Source: Sulfolobales archaeon (GTDB lineage Archaea > Thermoproteota > Thermoprotei_A > Sulfolobales > AG1). From it: 64,000 nt of DNA. Below, in pieces: positions 47,274-57,190 of the stretch (position 1 is the first letter of the stretch; the number at the start of each line of letters is the position of its first letter). The notes below the pieces were generated by a model, which worked only from the letters and a program-made list of their open reading frames with translations, did not search any database and had not been told where the DNA came from. The position numbers were made by a program, and so were the translations under genes. The stretch is taken from NCBI GenBank assembly GCA_038867615.1, contig JAWBYA010000001.1:32001-96000 (forward strand). Reading direction: 5' to 3'.

Positions 47274-48529
47274 TAAGATCTAGTACTCATGCTACATGGA
47301 ACAGCTCTGCTACCCTTATCAACGATACAGTATTCAACACCCCTCCACACAAACCTGCGCGAGATCCTTGCGGCGATGAGGATGGAGAGTATGAGGGGTG
47401 CTCTTAATGATGATATGACTATATATATGTATTTCCAGAGCTTCTTATCCCTCTCGATCTCGGGATCCTGGTAGATCGATCCTGGGCTATAGTTTCTCAG
47501 CGATATGAACGCTCTTACAGCCCCGATCAATATATAGCCGAGGATCAACACTGCCAATGGAACCAGGATCTCGAGGGGGGTTCCAATGAGGATCAGGATC
47601 ACTGGTAACAACAGAATCAGTGTGTTTATAGCATATATCAACATCAAGATCTTGAAGCCGAGCGGTGTATAGAGCCTTACTATGATCATCTGTCTCACAG
47701 CCCATCGATAAAAGCTCCTAAAACCTTTCTGGGCTGGTGTTAGAGATATGCATTTGCTGCAGAAAACAATCCTATAGCCATTTTTTCTCGCCTCTCTATT
47801 TATAACAGCATCGTCTGACAGCTCCTCTCTAAACTTCTCTTCCAAACCTAGGCTCTTCACAGCACTTAGGGGCATTGCTGTTAGACCGCCCCACACGATC
47901 CTCGTAATATTTATCCCCATATACTCGAATGCTATCGATGAGACAGTATTATATAATACAGAATATAGATCCCTAAGCAAGTACCACCTATACCCGGTAA
48001 CAATAGCGTCAAGAACGGAGGAGGCTTTAGATGCATAGAATATAGATCTCGGATGATGATAGGCGTCGCAATCAAGCATAACGATTACTTCACGCCCACT
48101 AGCGTTGCGATCGATACTCTTCAACCCTGTGATCAAGGCTCTATTCTTTCCCGAACACTCGGTACACTCATCGGTTTTACTGATAAGAACCTCTATATTA
48201 TCATCTCTACTTATATCCATACGTTTTAAGGGCTCAACATCATCACGCTCTATAACAATGATACCGTGATCTATATATCCAAGATCTCGGGATCTCCTGA
48301 GTGAGTTGATAGTATACAAAACCTCATCTCGCGAGGAGGCAGCGACTTTGCACGGAATGAGCGCTATGGATCTTGAATCATTTTGACCAGCCCTGAGCAA
48401 CGCTGCCTCTATACTCCTCATAGTAGCTACTATGCTCCTATAATTATATATCAGCTGGGCTGTCTGTACAACGAGCCCGAGGCTTATGAGTAATAATAGT
48501 AGCACGAGAAGGGCTATATTCAATGACAA
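47258..48529 (-). CDS. Membrane GT2 glycosyltransferase (ceramide-glucosyltransferase-like)
   Basis: SGKNRAL, MLDCD (DxD), VWGG..A, LSDDA, WAVRQM; N- and C-terminal TM helices. Confidence 0.8.
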   Translation of the reverse strand: MSLNIALLVLLLLLISLGLVVQTAQLIYNYRSIVATMRSIEAALLRAGQNDSRSIALIPCKVAASSRDEVLYTINSLRRSRDLGYIDHGIIVIERDDVEPLKRMDISRDDNIEVLISKTDECTECSGKNRALITGLKSIDRNASGREVIVMLDCDAYHHPRSIFYASKASSVLDAIVTGYRWYLLRDLYSVLYNTVSSIAFEYMGINITRIVWGGLTAMPLSAVKSLGLEEKFREELSDDAVINREARKNGYRIVFCSKCISLTPAQKGFRSFYRWAVRQMIIVRLYTPLGFKILMLIYAINTLILLLPVILILIGTPLEILVPLAVLILGYILIGAVRAFISLRNYSPGSIYQDPEIERDKKLWKYIYIVISSLRAPLILSILIAARISRRFVWRGVEYCIVDKGSRAVPCSMSTRSYQPPA

Positions 48530-48759
48530 GACCCCTCAGAATAAACTGTAGAGAAGCCCTATATCTATGTTTTCCTGGAATGGTCTATCGCTAGATCATA
48601 TTGCAAGCTTTACAGCAGGATTTATAGCCATAAACAGCCTGTTAATGACGAATACTGTTGACACTATTTTTTAAGTGTACATAATATTTGTTTATCAATA
48701 ATGCCAGTATCGTAACAGTAGAGAACTCTTGGGAACTATTGTAGCCGGGTCTGTTCTTG

Positions 48760-49962
48760 TTATTTGTTGAGTGTTTTTCTGATATATTCTGTTTTTATTC
48801 TCTGCATTATGTTTGGTATATCTATATGTAGTGGGCAGACCTCCCTACAGTTCCCCGCATGTATGCATAGCATGCTCAGGGGCCCCGCCTCCTCTACACC
48901 CTTAGTTATATAGAGCCACCCAACACCCATAGGCCCGTTATACGCTCCAGAACCCCATGAAGGCCCTATAGTCTGATAAACAGGACATTCTATTAGGCAC
49001 CTCCCGCATCTTATGCATCTAAGCATATCGGATAGCAAGGGGTCTTTGGAAAACCCCAACCTATTATTGTTTATGAAGACAACATGGTATTCTCTAGGAC
49101 CGTGGGCTCCATAGACCCTCTCATACTCGATATCGGCAGTAGAGCTTGGACCAGCTATAACATTTATATATGTTGGTGGGTATAGCCCAGCATATGCAGC
49201 CTGAACCATGGCTACCTTTAACGCATCCTCAAGCGTGGGGACTATCTTATCCACCGAGACAAGAACTATATGGATCTCGGGTAGCGCTGACGAAAGCCTA
49301 TTATTGCTCTCATTCTCTACGGTAACAGTGGCTCCTGTGTCTGCTGCGAAGGCATTGGCCCCAGTGATCCCTACGTCTGCTTTCACAAACTTCTCTCTGA
49401 GAAAGATCCTCACCCTCCTAACGATCTCGCTAGCCTCCATTTTCTCATTAACATCAACACCAACACTCCTAAGATATTCTGCTACAGAGGCTTTGGATAG
49501 ATGGACAGCAGGTATAACTGGGTGTGAGGGTCTCTCGCTCCCGGCTTGTAGTATTAGCATTCCTAGGTCTGTTTCCCACACCTCGTTTCCGAGTTTCTTT
49601 AGGTATTCGTTTATGCCTATCTCTTCAGAGATCATTGATTTGCCTTTGATCACTATCTTACCCTTACCAACAATCTCACCAACAATCCTCCTAGCATCCT
49701 CAGAAGACTCAGCATAATAAGCCCTACCACCAACCCTAACAACACTATCCATAGCCCTCCTCAAAAGAACCTCTAGATTCTCAATAGAATACCTCTTAAT
49801 CCTAGAAACCTCCTCAGCAAGATCCACAAGGTACGGATACCTCTCAAGAACGCTATAGACCTTCTCAGAGACTTTTGGGAGTATTGTTCTTAACAGCCTT
49901 CTAAGATCCTCGTTTTCGGAAGCTTTTGTTGCAGAACTTAGTACTTCTTCTAAACTTCTCAA
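48760..49962 (-). CDS. lutB: LutB/LldF-like lactate utilisation Fe-S protein (LUD domain + 4Fe-4S)
   Basis: KGKSMISEEI, ETDLG, PSHPVIPAVH, GPSSTADIE, CIRCGRCLIECP, CIHAGNCREVCP. Confidence 0.88.
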   Translation of the reverse strand: MRSLEEVLSSATKASENEDLRRLLRTILPKVSEKVYSVLERYPYLVDLAEEVSRIKRYSIENLEVLLRRAMDSVVRVGGRAYYAESSEDARRIVGEIVGKGKIVIKGKSMISEEIGINEYLKKLGNEVWETDLGMLILQAGSERPSHPVIPAVHLSKASVAEYLRSVGVDVNEKMEASEIVRRVRIFLREKFVKADVGITGANAFAADTGATVTVENESNNRLSSALPEIHIVLVSVDKIVPTLEDALKVAMVQAAYAGLYPPTYINVIAGPSSTADIEYERVYGAHGPREYHVVFINNNRLGFSKDPLLSDMLRCIRCGRCLIECPVYQTIGPSWGSGAYNGPMGVGWLYITKGVEEAGPLSMLCIHAGNCREVCPLHIDIPNIMQRIKTEYIRKTLNK

Positions 49963-50374
49963 GCTATCACCCAGGATTTATATCTACATAAGACTACGTT
50001 ATGGGAGGGTAAAAATTCTTATCTCGGTTATGATACAATTGTGTAGCAGGATCCATGTTTATCAAGAATAGTTAAACTCCATGAGTTCTTGGGATGATAT
50101 ATGAAAACCGTTTTTGCTTTCATGGAACTTTATCGTGGTGTATTTGATTTTCCTATAGACAAGCGCATGTTATGTGTATCTTACAAAGATCGGGGTATCT
50201 GTTGAAGAGAACAAGGATATAGCGATCCTGAATTGGTTGGTTAAGAACACCGGCTTCAAAGAAGCCACGTGGTTTGCGAGACAATAGGCGGTGGTTTGTA
50301 TTAAACAGTAACTATGAGGAGCTCTGTGGGCTGTGGATGTTATATACACATTAGCTTTGTTTGTGTGAAAGGTT

Positions 50375-51247
50375 TTGGGAGGGTTATTGATATTTAGACC
50401 GATTAGGAAACAGGATCTAGAGTATATCTTCCAGTGGTTAGAGCCTAATGATTATCTAAGATCAGGGGTTCTTGAGAGATATGTTGGTGAGGGAAAGGCA
50501 TATACTGTTGAGATCGATGGAAAACCAGTTGCGGTAGGCATAATACATGTTGTCGATAGAGAAGGGGCATGGCTTATGGGTGCTAGGGTTATGAAGGAGC
50601 ATAGGGGGCATGGAGTTGGTAGCTATCTAACCCAGGGTCTCGTTGAAGAGGCTTCTAGATCTAGGCTCAGATGGGTTGCACTACTAACGAGCGTGGATAA
50701 TAAGCCTGTCCATAGGATATGCGAGAAGCTTAGTCTCCAGAAAAGGGCTCTCATATCGTGGATGTATATGGATAGGGATAAAATCTACAGACTCGGTGAG
50801 GGGGGTATCTATATATCAATGCCCAGCATCGATAAAAAGGCTATGGATCATATAAAAAGATCTGTAGGTAATAGCAACCTCATGATCCCAGATAGTGATA
50901 ACATGTGGGTATGGAGACCCCCCAGCGGGGAGGCTATAGAGAGAATGATCCTTGCAGGTGAGAGGATATGCCTCGCCAGAGACGGAGGCTTTGGCTTGGT
51001 AGCCTTGATACGTTCTAGAAAAGATCGAGGGACGATGCAGGCTCTGGTGCTTGAGGCGCAAAAAACTATGGGTAGTGTTAACGATATTGCTGGCTGTATA
51101 GCTTACGAGAGTGCGCAGGATAGGTTTGGAGAGATAGAGCTCGTAATAGTAGAGAGACCGGAGCAGAGGCTGAGTGCTTGGGAATCGATCTATCCACTAG
51201 CTAGGGAGAAGCCATGGCGGGCGTATGTATTTTATAAAGAACTCTGA
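50375..51247 (+). CDS. GNAT-family acetyltransferase
   Basis: AWLMGARV..EHRGHGVG, NKPVHRICEKL. Confidence 0.8.
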   Translation: MGGLLIFRPIRKQDLEYIFQWLEPNDYLRSGVLERYVGEGKAYTVEIDGKPVAVGIIHVVDREGAWLMGARVMKEHRGHGVGSYLTQGLVEEASRSRLRWVALLTSVDNKPVHRICEKLSLQKRALISWMYMDRDKIYRLGEGGIYISMPSIDKKAMDHIKRSVGNSNLMIPDSDNMWVWRPPSGEAIERMILAGERICLARDGGFGLVALIRSRKDRGTMQALVLEAQKTMGSVNDIAGCIAYESAQDRFGEIELVIVERPEQRLSAWESIYPLAREKPWRAYVFYKEL

Positions 51248-51344
51248 GTAGTGTAGAGAGCTACATCGGTAGAACAATATGGAGAGTGGAGGTAAACCGC
51301 TTATTACCCCACATGTCGATTTAAATGATAGGGTATAGGTAGCC

Positions 51345-51770
51345 ATGTCCCTCGAGATACCCGTCGAGTGGAGAAAGTTTAGGTATAGGGGTAAAAGTCT
51401 TGAGGAGCTTATGGAAATGCCCATGGATGAGTTGTTGAACCTACTACCAGCTAGGGCTAGGAGGAGTCTTAAGAGAGGCTTTACGGAGCCTCAGAAAAAG
51501 CTTGTTGAGAAGATAATGAAGGCTAGGAGGCTTGCTGAGGCTGGCAAGAAGATTGTTATAAAAACACATGTAAGAGATCTAGTGATCCTTCCATATATGG
51601 TGGGACTCACCTTCGCAGTGTATAATGGTAAGGAGTATGTCACGTTCACAGTAACCCCGGAGATGATAGGACACTATCTAGGCGAGTATTCTATAACAAC
51701 TAAGAAGGTTGAGCATGGAGAGCCAGGGTTAAAGGCTACGAGGAGCAGCCTCTTCGTTGCTATGAAATGA
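51345..51770 (+). CDS. rps19: 30S ribosomal protein S19 (uS19)
   Basis: [43 protein letters not shown]. Confidence 0.97.
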   Translation: MSLEIPVEWRKFRYRGKSLEELMEMPMDELLNLLPARARRSLKRGFTEPQKKLVEKIMKARRLAEAGKKIVIKTHVRDLVILPYMVGLTFAVYNGKEYVTFTVTPEMIGHYLGEYSITTKKVEHGEPGLKATRSSLFVAMK

Positions 51771-51773
51771 TCC

Positions 51774-52688
51774 TCAGTATTTTAACGCTATATACCCCTG
51801 CGCCGTATCAACCCACCTTATATCTTTAAACCCCGCCGCTGCGAGCCTTTCCTTTACACCCTTGAGATAGCTTATATTTGAATGTCTCCCAGGCTCGCCT
51901 GTGTAGTGGAATAGAGAGCCCGGGCTTTTAAGAACACGATATAGTTCTTTATAGAACTCCAGGCTATAGAGATCCTCAGCAATATTGATCCTCGGGGGGT
52001 CGTGGAGGATCTTGTGGAAACACTGGTCACATAGATCCCTTATGATCTCGACAGCGTCTCCAAGGATCAGTTTGATTCTCTCGTCGCCAAGCATTCTTGA
52101 CCATGGATTCATCCTTGCTAGGTAGAGAACATTTGGATCTTTCTCTATAGACACCACCATCGAGGCCCCCAGCCTCAGTAGATTCGATGATGTGTAGCCC
52201 AGACCGCTTCCTATTTCAAGCACTCTTAACCCCTTAACCCTTCCAAGGGTTTTGGTCTTGTTATAGGCATCTCTCCAGGGATCTATGTTGATTGTTCTGT
52301 GCATCTGGATACCATTGATCTCGATGGTTGGTGCTGTACTGATCGATGTTGGTTTTAGTTTATAGTAATTACCATCTCTAAACATATCCAGCCTATACAG
52401 CTTCCCCTCGATTATCTTGTATAAAAAACCCTCTCTGATCTCTTCATCAAGCCCTCTAATCGATGCTACATACCCCTCTATATAGACATCATAGCCCTTC
52501 AGCTCAACACGGGTCGAGGTAAAACCTAGATCTAGTGTCGTGTCTAAAAAACCCTGGCCCTTATTAATAGCATCTTTAAAGAGCTCTACATGCTGCCTTA
52601 TAATTATAGGGCCTTCTATATACTCATATTCATATATATTGAGCCTGGCCAGTATGTTCTGAAGCTCCCCACTAGATCTTATCTTCAT
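51774..52688 (-). CDS. Archaeal SAM-dependent methyltransferase (COG2521-like)
   Basis: PTIEINGIQMHR, VLEIGSGLGYT, EKDPNV..A..NPWS, HDPPR, LFHYTGEPG. Confidence 0.85.
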   Translation of the reverse strand: MKIRSSGELQNILARLNIYEYEYIEGPIIIRQHVELFKDAINKGQGFLDTTLDLGFTSTRVELKGYDVYIEGYVASIRGLDEEIREGFLYKIIEGKLYRLDMFRDGNYYKLKPTSISTAPTIEINGIQMHRTINIDPWRDAYNKTKTLGRVKGLRVLEIGSGLGYTSSNLLRLGASMVVSIEKDPNVLYLARMNPWSRMLGDERIKLILGDAVEIIRDLCDQCFHKILHDPPRINIAEDLYSLEFYKELYRVLKSPGSLFHYTGEPGRHSNISYLKGVKERLAAAGFKDIRWVDTAQGYIALKY

Positions 52689-53754
52689 ATTTCCGCACTC
52701 CTTCGAAGACCCAGCCTAGATCTACGCCCTTCCTCTCAAGCCCGGCTTCCTTGATCGCTGCGGCTATTATTGGGAGGGCTATTGTTGCATCAACATTAAC
52801 CATCGCCGAACTAACCGGCTCCACCTTACCCCAGCTCACGGCCTCTTCCAACGTTGCCCCGCTTAGCCCGCCCCACTGGGGTAGATCTGTGGTTATCTTT
52901 ACAGCATATTTATGCGGTTTAGATACGTCGACGCCCTGTCTTTTCTCCTCTAGTAGGGCTTTCGCCACTGCTACGAGCTGTGTAGTGTCTGTAGGTACTC
53001 CTCCCCCTATGTATATAACCCCTGTCTCTTTGGATCTCATGGCTATCTCGACCATTTGCTCGAAGTCCTTAAACTGGTCTATATAGACTCTTTTTCCAAA
53101 CTCTCTGAGGGCTTGTATATAGGCTATCCCATAGCCTGAATCAACTATAGCTGGTACAAATATGGGTACCCTGGATTTATAGGCGGAGGTAGCGATAGAT
53201 CTAATACCAAGCCTTGATAGCCTCGCACCAAGTAGGTAGAGAAACTCTGCTGAGGAGAAAACATAGTCAGAAGGAAGATCCCTGATAAAGTCCCTTAAAA
53301 GCCTCTCCATCTCTCTGTATAGATACTCATCAGCATATACATCGTAAAACCTATCTATCCTATATTTAAGCAGGATCGTGTCATCGACACAGGGAGAACC
53401 CCTACCATAGGGGAAACCCATACCGGCATAGATATCCTCTGATACATTAGCTCCTGTAGATACGAGCACATCTATATACCTCTTCTCGATCATCCAGCTA
53501 ACAATACCCCACATACCTGCTGTAGCCATAGATCCGGCAAGACCCATATAGATCGTAACATCAGGATCGCGAATCATTGCTGTGATGATCTTAAACACTT
53601 CTCCAAGCTTCCTACCCTGGTACGCTGTCTCGCTCATAGCCTCGAGTATAGATCCTAGGCTCTTGAGCTCTTCGGGATTGATTACCCTCACCTTATCCTT
53701 AAAAAACAGATCACGATCGATCTCAGCACCGCCCGCGCCCAATAGTCTCACCAA
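52672..53754 (-). CDS. dys: Deoxyhypusine synthase family protein
   Basis: GLAGSM, VSTGANV.ED, IGGGVP, WGGLSGATLEEAVSWGK, DATIALP. Confidence 0.88.
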   Translation of the reverse strand: MVRLLGAGGAEIDRDLFFKDKVRVINPEELKSLGSILEAMSETAYQGRKLGEVFKIITAMIRDPDVTIYMGLAGSMATAGMWGIVSWMIEKRYIDVLVSTGANVSEDIYAGMGFPYGRGSPCVDDTILLKYRIDRFYDVYADEYLYREMERLLRDFIRDLPSDYVFSSAEFLYLLGARLSRLGIRSIATSAYKSRVPIFVPAIVDSGYGIAYIQALREFGKRVYIDQFKDFEQMVEIAMRSKETGVIYIGGGVPTDTTQLVAVAKALLEEKRQGVDVSKPHKYAVKITTDLPQWGGLSGATLEEAVSWGKVEPVSSAMVNVDATIALPIIAAAIKEAGLERKGVDLGWVFEGVRKYEDKI

Positions 53755-54018
53755 TATTCCCTAATAACTAGAAACTATATAGGGTTAGGGTCATGGGTGT
53801 CCCCGCTAACACTATATATCTACTTACTCAAGTAGTTTGAAAAACTCTTCAAATGCTATTATCGTCTCCTACCAAAGATGGATGTTGGGAGAGATCTGGG
53901 CATGTTGTTATAAAGCTAGTGTGTAGGTCGATGTTATAATGATATAGACCCTCGCGAAATCAGGGTCATGACTGCTGGTTCGCGGAACAGTGGGATCTAA
54001 GTTCTTTTTGCTGTCTTG

Positions 54019-55980
54019 CTATTCTTCGAGGTTATCAGATCTATTGCTAGGCTTTATTCTCCCAAGATCTGTGATGATCCTGGATCTCCCCGGGATCCTT
54101 TTCACCAGCTCCTCCAGATCTATGGCGTCGATCACCTCTGCTCTTACGCTCCCGCTTTTTAGCCATATTGTTTTCAACCTATCAGCTATCTCTCTCCTAT
54201 CCCGATCCCCGGGGGCTAGAACGCTCCATGAAGCGGCTCTTTTGGAAACAAGCTCGGGAGGCCCTACTATGATCCTTGGTATATCGTGTTCTAGGATCTC
54301 GATACCTATACCTAGTAGTAGGGGTACGTTTCTGATCCAGCCTCTCTCGCCATAGATCATGAAAGCACCTTTCCCCAAGTACTCCCCTGGTGGTGGTGAC
54401 TTACTAACTTGGGATCCTTTTGCATAGAAGACGTCTATGGCGCCATAGCCTGCTGTCCATGCCCTGCTATAGCATGCTGCTAGGGTTGCTGCTTCCTGGA
54501 TTGATTTTTCACTATACTCCCTATCTACTAGGAGGATTACTGCGGAGCCTCCCTGTATGTTGGCGTGTATGAATATGTCGTTCTCTCTGAGGTATTTTCT
54601 AACTATCTTCTCGTTCTGATCAGCGTTCATACCGCCTATAGCTAGGAGGCCTTCTGATGTGATTAGCCAATGGTATCTCTCATACCACTCCTGCCTCATG
54701 AGACTCCGGATCATTCTTACTGCTTTGTCTCTCTCCCTCTCAGCCAGGATCTTTTTGATCTCTTCTTCGAGTCTTGCTATCTCGCTAGAGCCTCTCGAGA
54801 TCCTTTTCTCAAGATCAGAGATTCTCTTCCTAAGCTCGATATAGTTCTCCATAAACGACAACCTAGGGTTTAACGGGTACCTCACACTATCAAGCACGAT
54901 CTCCACAGTGTTATTCTTAACCCTAGCCATAACTCCCGTCTCTCCGGTGCAATCAGTGATCTTTCTTTTGGCACATTCGAAGAGCTCCTCAAGCTGTTGA
55001 TAATTGGCATCCACGTATTCAAGCACTTTTCTAAGTATTGATAGCTCTTCTTCAGCGCTGCTGATCTGGTTTCTAAGCTTCTCTATACTCTTCTCAATCC
55101 TGATCACCTCGGCTGGTTTCTCCTCAACTCTATATGCATCCACATATGCGTAGAACACATCTATAGCCTCGTTAAAGCTAGCTGTTCTTCTAAACACATA
55201 GCCCCTTGCTACGAGGCTTTTGGGTTCGTATGGGTAGAAGCCATGCGGTTTTTCCGAAGCATCTATAACGATCCCAGGTTCTGGGTTTGTGGTGATCCTT
55301 TCTGTAAGACTCCTAACCTCATCTAGGATCTTCTCGACCTCGTTATCGGCAAGGCTTGATGGTTTTATATTTTTGTCAAGACCAAGTCTATAGAGAGTCT
55401 CTTCAGCGATATCTGGAGGGACTCCGGCTCCTATAATAAGACCTCTTGCAAGGTCATACCCCTTCTTAACGTTTGGAACAAGGCTTCGAGGGTCAGAATT
55501 GCATATTGAAACTTGTGTGGGTGGGTAGGAGTATTTCGCACCAATCCTTATGACCCGATCCTTCATGGTGGCTGTGGTGTTGGAGAACCTGATAATACCA
55601 TCAAGATCTACTATGGAGACCACACCTCTAGGGATCAGCTCAACGATAACTCTATATTCGTTAGCACCAACAACCTTTATCTCAGCAATCCTGTCGCATG
55701 GTTTTTGGTATATATCGATCATCCTTGACTCCCTTAGATATCTCCTAAAACCCATTACTATCGAGCCGGGTTCTCCATGTCCTATAAGGCCTGTTCTTCT
55801 TGTTATATAGATGCTCTCTCCGGCTGTTATTGATAGGTAAAAAGGCTCTCCACCTCCTCTGATCTTTAGCGTGAGCCTGTTGCTCTCTCCATAGATGTTA
55901 TCAATATAGCTCCCTACAACAGCCTCCCTATTCTCTTTGATCCATGCTGCAAGATCTAGCCAGCTCATCCCCTTCTTCAT
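54019..55980 (-). CDS. rqcH: Ribosome quality-control protein Rqc2/RqcH (NEMF/FbpA family)
   Basis: MSWLDL, DRIAEI, IVELIPRG, WYERYHW..SEG..IGG..A.QNE, ACYSRAW, QVSKSPP.GEYL.KGAFMIYG. Confidence 0.93.
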   Translation of the reverse strand: MKKGMSWLDLAAWIKENREAVVGSYIDNIYGESNRLTLKIRGGGEPFYLSITAGESIYITRRTGLIGHGEPGSIVMGFRRYLRESRMIDIYQKPCDRIAEIKVVGANEYRVIVELIPRGVVSIVDLDGIIRFSNTTATMKDRVIRIGAKYSYPPTQVSICNSDPRSLVPNVKKGYDLARGLIIGAGVPPDIAEETLYRLGLDKNIKPSSLADNEVEKILDEVRSLTERITTNPEPGIVIDASEKPHGFYPYEPKSLVARGYVFRRTASFNEAIDVFYAYVDAYRVEEKPAEVIRIEKSIEKLRNQISSAEEELSILRKVLEYVDANYQQLEELFECAKRKITDCTGETGVMARVKNNTVEIVLDSVRYPLNPRLSFMENYIELRKRISDLEKRISRGSSEIARLEEEIKKILAERERDKAVRMIRSLMRQEWYERYHWLITSEGLLAIGGMNADQNEKIVRKYLRENDIFIHANIQGGSAVILLVDREYSEKSIQEAATLAACYSRAWTAGYGAIDVFYAKGSQVSKSPPPGEYLGKGAFMIYGERGWIRNVPLLLGIGIEILEHDIPRIIVGPPELVSKRAASWSVLAPGDRDRREIADRLKTIWLKSGSVRAEVIDAIDLEELVKRIPGRSRIITDLGRIKPSNRSDNLEE

Positions 55981-56089
55981 TCTATCCCAGATAATAGATC
56001 TCTAAGTAGTATTAGGTGTTTACGCATATTTATTATGTGGCGAGAGATCGAAGTTTTAACCATGGTATGGTGATAAATATGGTGGCCTT

Positions 56090-56374
56090 ATGTCGCTGAT
56101 GAGCGAGAGGGTTGGTTTCTACAGGCTATTCATATTAAGGCTTGTTGCAGGGCTTGGCAGTGGTCTCTCGTTCTCGATATATAAATCGTTGTACCCAGGC
56201 CCTGATCATCTCTGGATAGCTCTTGAGAGCTTCGTGTTCCTATTAATAGGATTAGGTGTCTTTCAAGCACTATATATGGTGATCGTGAGACCCTCCAGAA
56301 AGGATTCCATTAGATTTATACTAACACAAATAGCTGCCCACTACATAGGATCCATGATCCTGATTCCTGGGTAG
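56090..56374 (+). CDS. Small membrane protein
   Basis: 94 aa, 3 hydrophobic segments, GGTGG RBS upstream. Confidence 0.55.
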   Translation: MSLMSERVGFYRLFILRLVAGLGSGLSFSIYKSLYPGPDHLWIALESFVFLLIGLGVFQALYMVIVRPSRKDSIRFILTQIAAHYIGSMILIPG

Positions 56375-56445
56375 TTGGTTGTGTTCGACAGCAAACAACG
56401 GCATTTATGAAAACCGATACAGCTTGACACGATGTGTTTTGAAAC

Positions 56446-56907
56446 CTATCTATACCTTCTACCCTTCTGGACTCCTAGGTCTGCTTCAGCCAATAGCGTT
56501 GCTAGCTTGTTCTTAACCTCTGGGAGTTTTGATTTGAGATTCTCTATAAACTCCTGCTCGATGCTAACCTGGGCTAGGAACTCTTTGCCTTGGCTTGTTA
56601 CTGATAGCTTCTTATTCTGTCCACTTTCGAGCAGACCTACGTATAGCATTGCTATTACATCCTCTCTAAGATCTTTTGACGTAGGTATCCCAGCTATTTC
56701 TACGAAACTGTATCCGAGATCCATGCCTGTTGATTGAAGCTCTCTGATTATATATGCGAGAGCCTTCTCGGTAACCCCGCCTAGCTCTGATATGAGGAAC
56801 AGTGTTTTTAAGGCTCTCTTGTTACTCTTGAGATGATCGAGTGCTATGACGGGTTTTGTTACTATTTTGAGCTCCTTGCTCTTTGTCTGCTGAGACATCA
56901 TATGCAC
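56446..56907 (-). CDS. Conserved crenarchaeal winged-helix-like protein divergent from moxR-vWA
   Basis: GVTEKAL..GYSF...PTSKDLRED...LSVTSQGKEFL. Confidence 0.7.
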   Translation of the reverse strand: MHMMSQQTKSKELKIVTKPVIALDHLKSNKRALKTLFLISELGGVTEKALAYIIRELQSTGMDLGYSFVEIAGIPTSKDLREDVIAMLYVGLLESGQNKKLSVTSQGKEFLAQVSIEQEFIENLKSKLPEVKNKLATLLAEADLGVQKGRRYR

Positions 56908-57046
56908 CGAGTCATATTTACTCTAGGGGTAAAATAACCTATGATCCTATATAGGATCTATACGATCTTGGTAGTGTGTAGTGAGAAAATCTCGAGCTCC
57001 ATATCCCCCAGAGAGATAGCTTAAGCGATGATTATTGATAATTATA

Positions 57047-57144
57047 TATGTTAAAGAAGCCTTGCAATGGGATCACATGGTGCATAGTTGTCATTCTATA
57101 GCTACATACGGATACATAGTAAGGTGCAAGGCTTCTTCAACATA
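57047..57144. repeat. 20-bp inverted repeat with 58-bp spacer
   Basis: TATGTTAAAGAAGCCTTGCA (57047-57066) / TGCAAGGCTTCTTCAACATA (57125-57144), 19/20. Confidence 0.75.
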
Positions 57145-57190
57145 GGATATTAGCCCGGATTGCAGATAACTTGATTAAGGGGTAATCAAA

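Noticed and set aside
53770-54000. GGGTCATG matches to the family-B element
   Set aside because: Only 8-10 nt matches with no colinear similarity.
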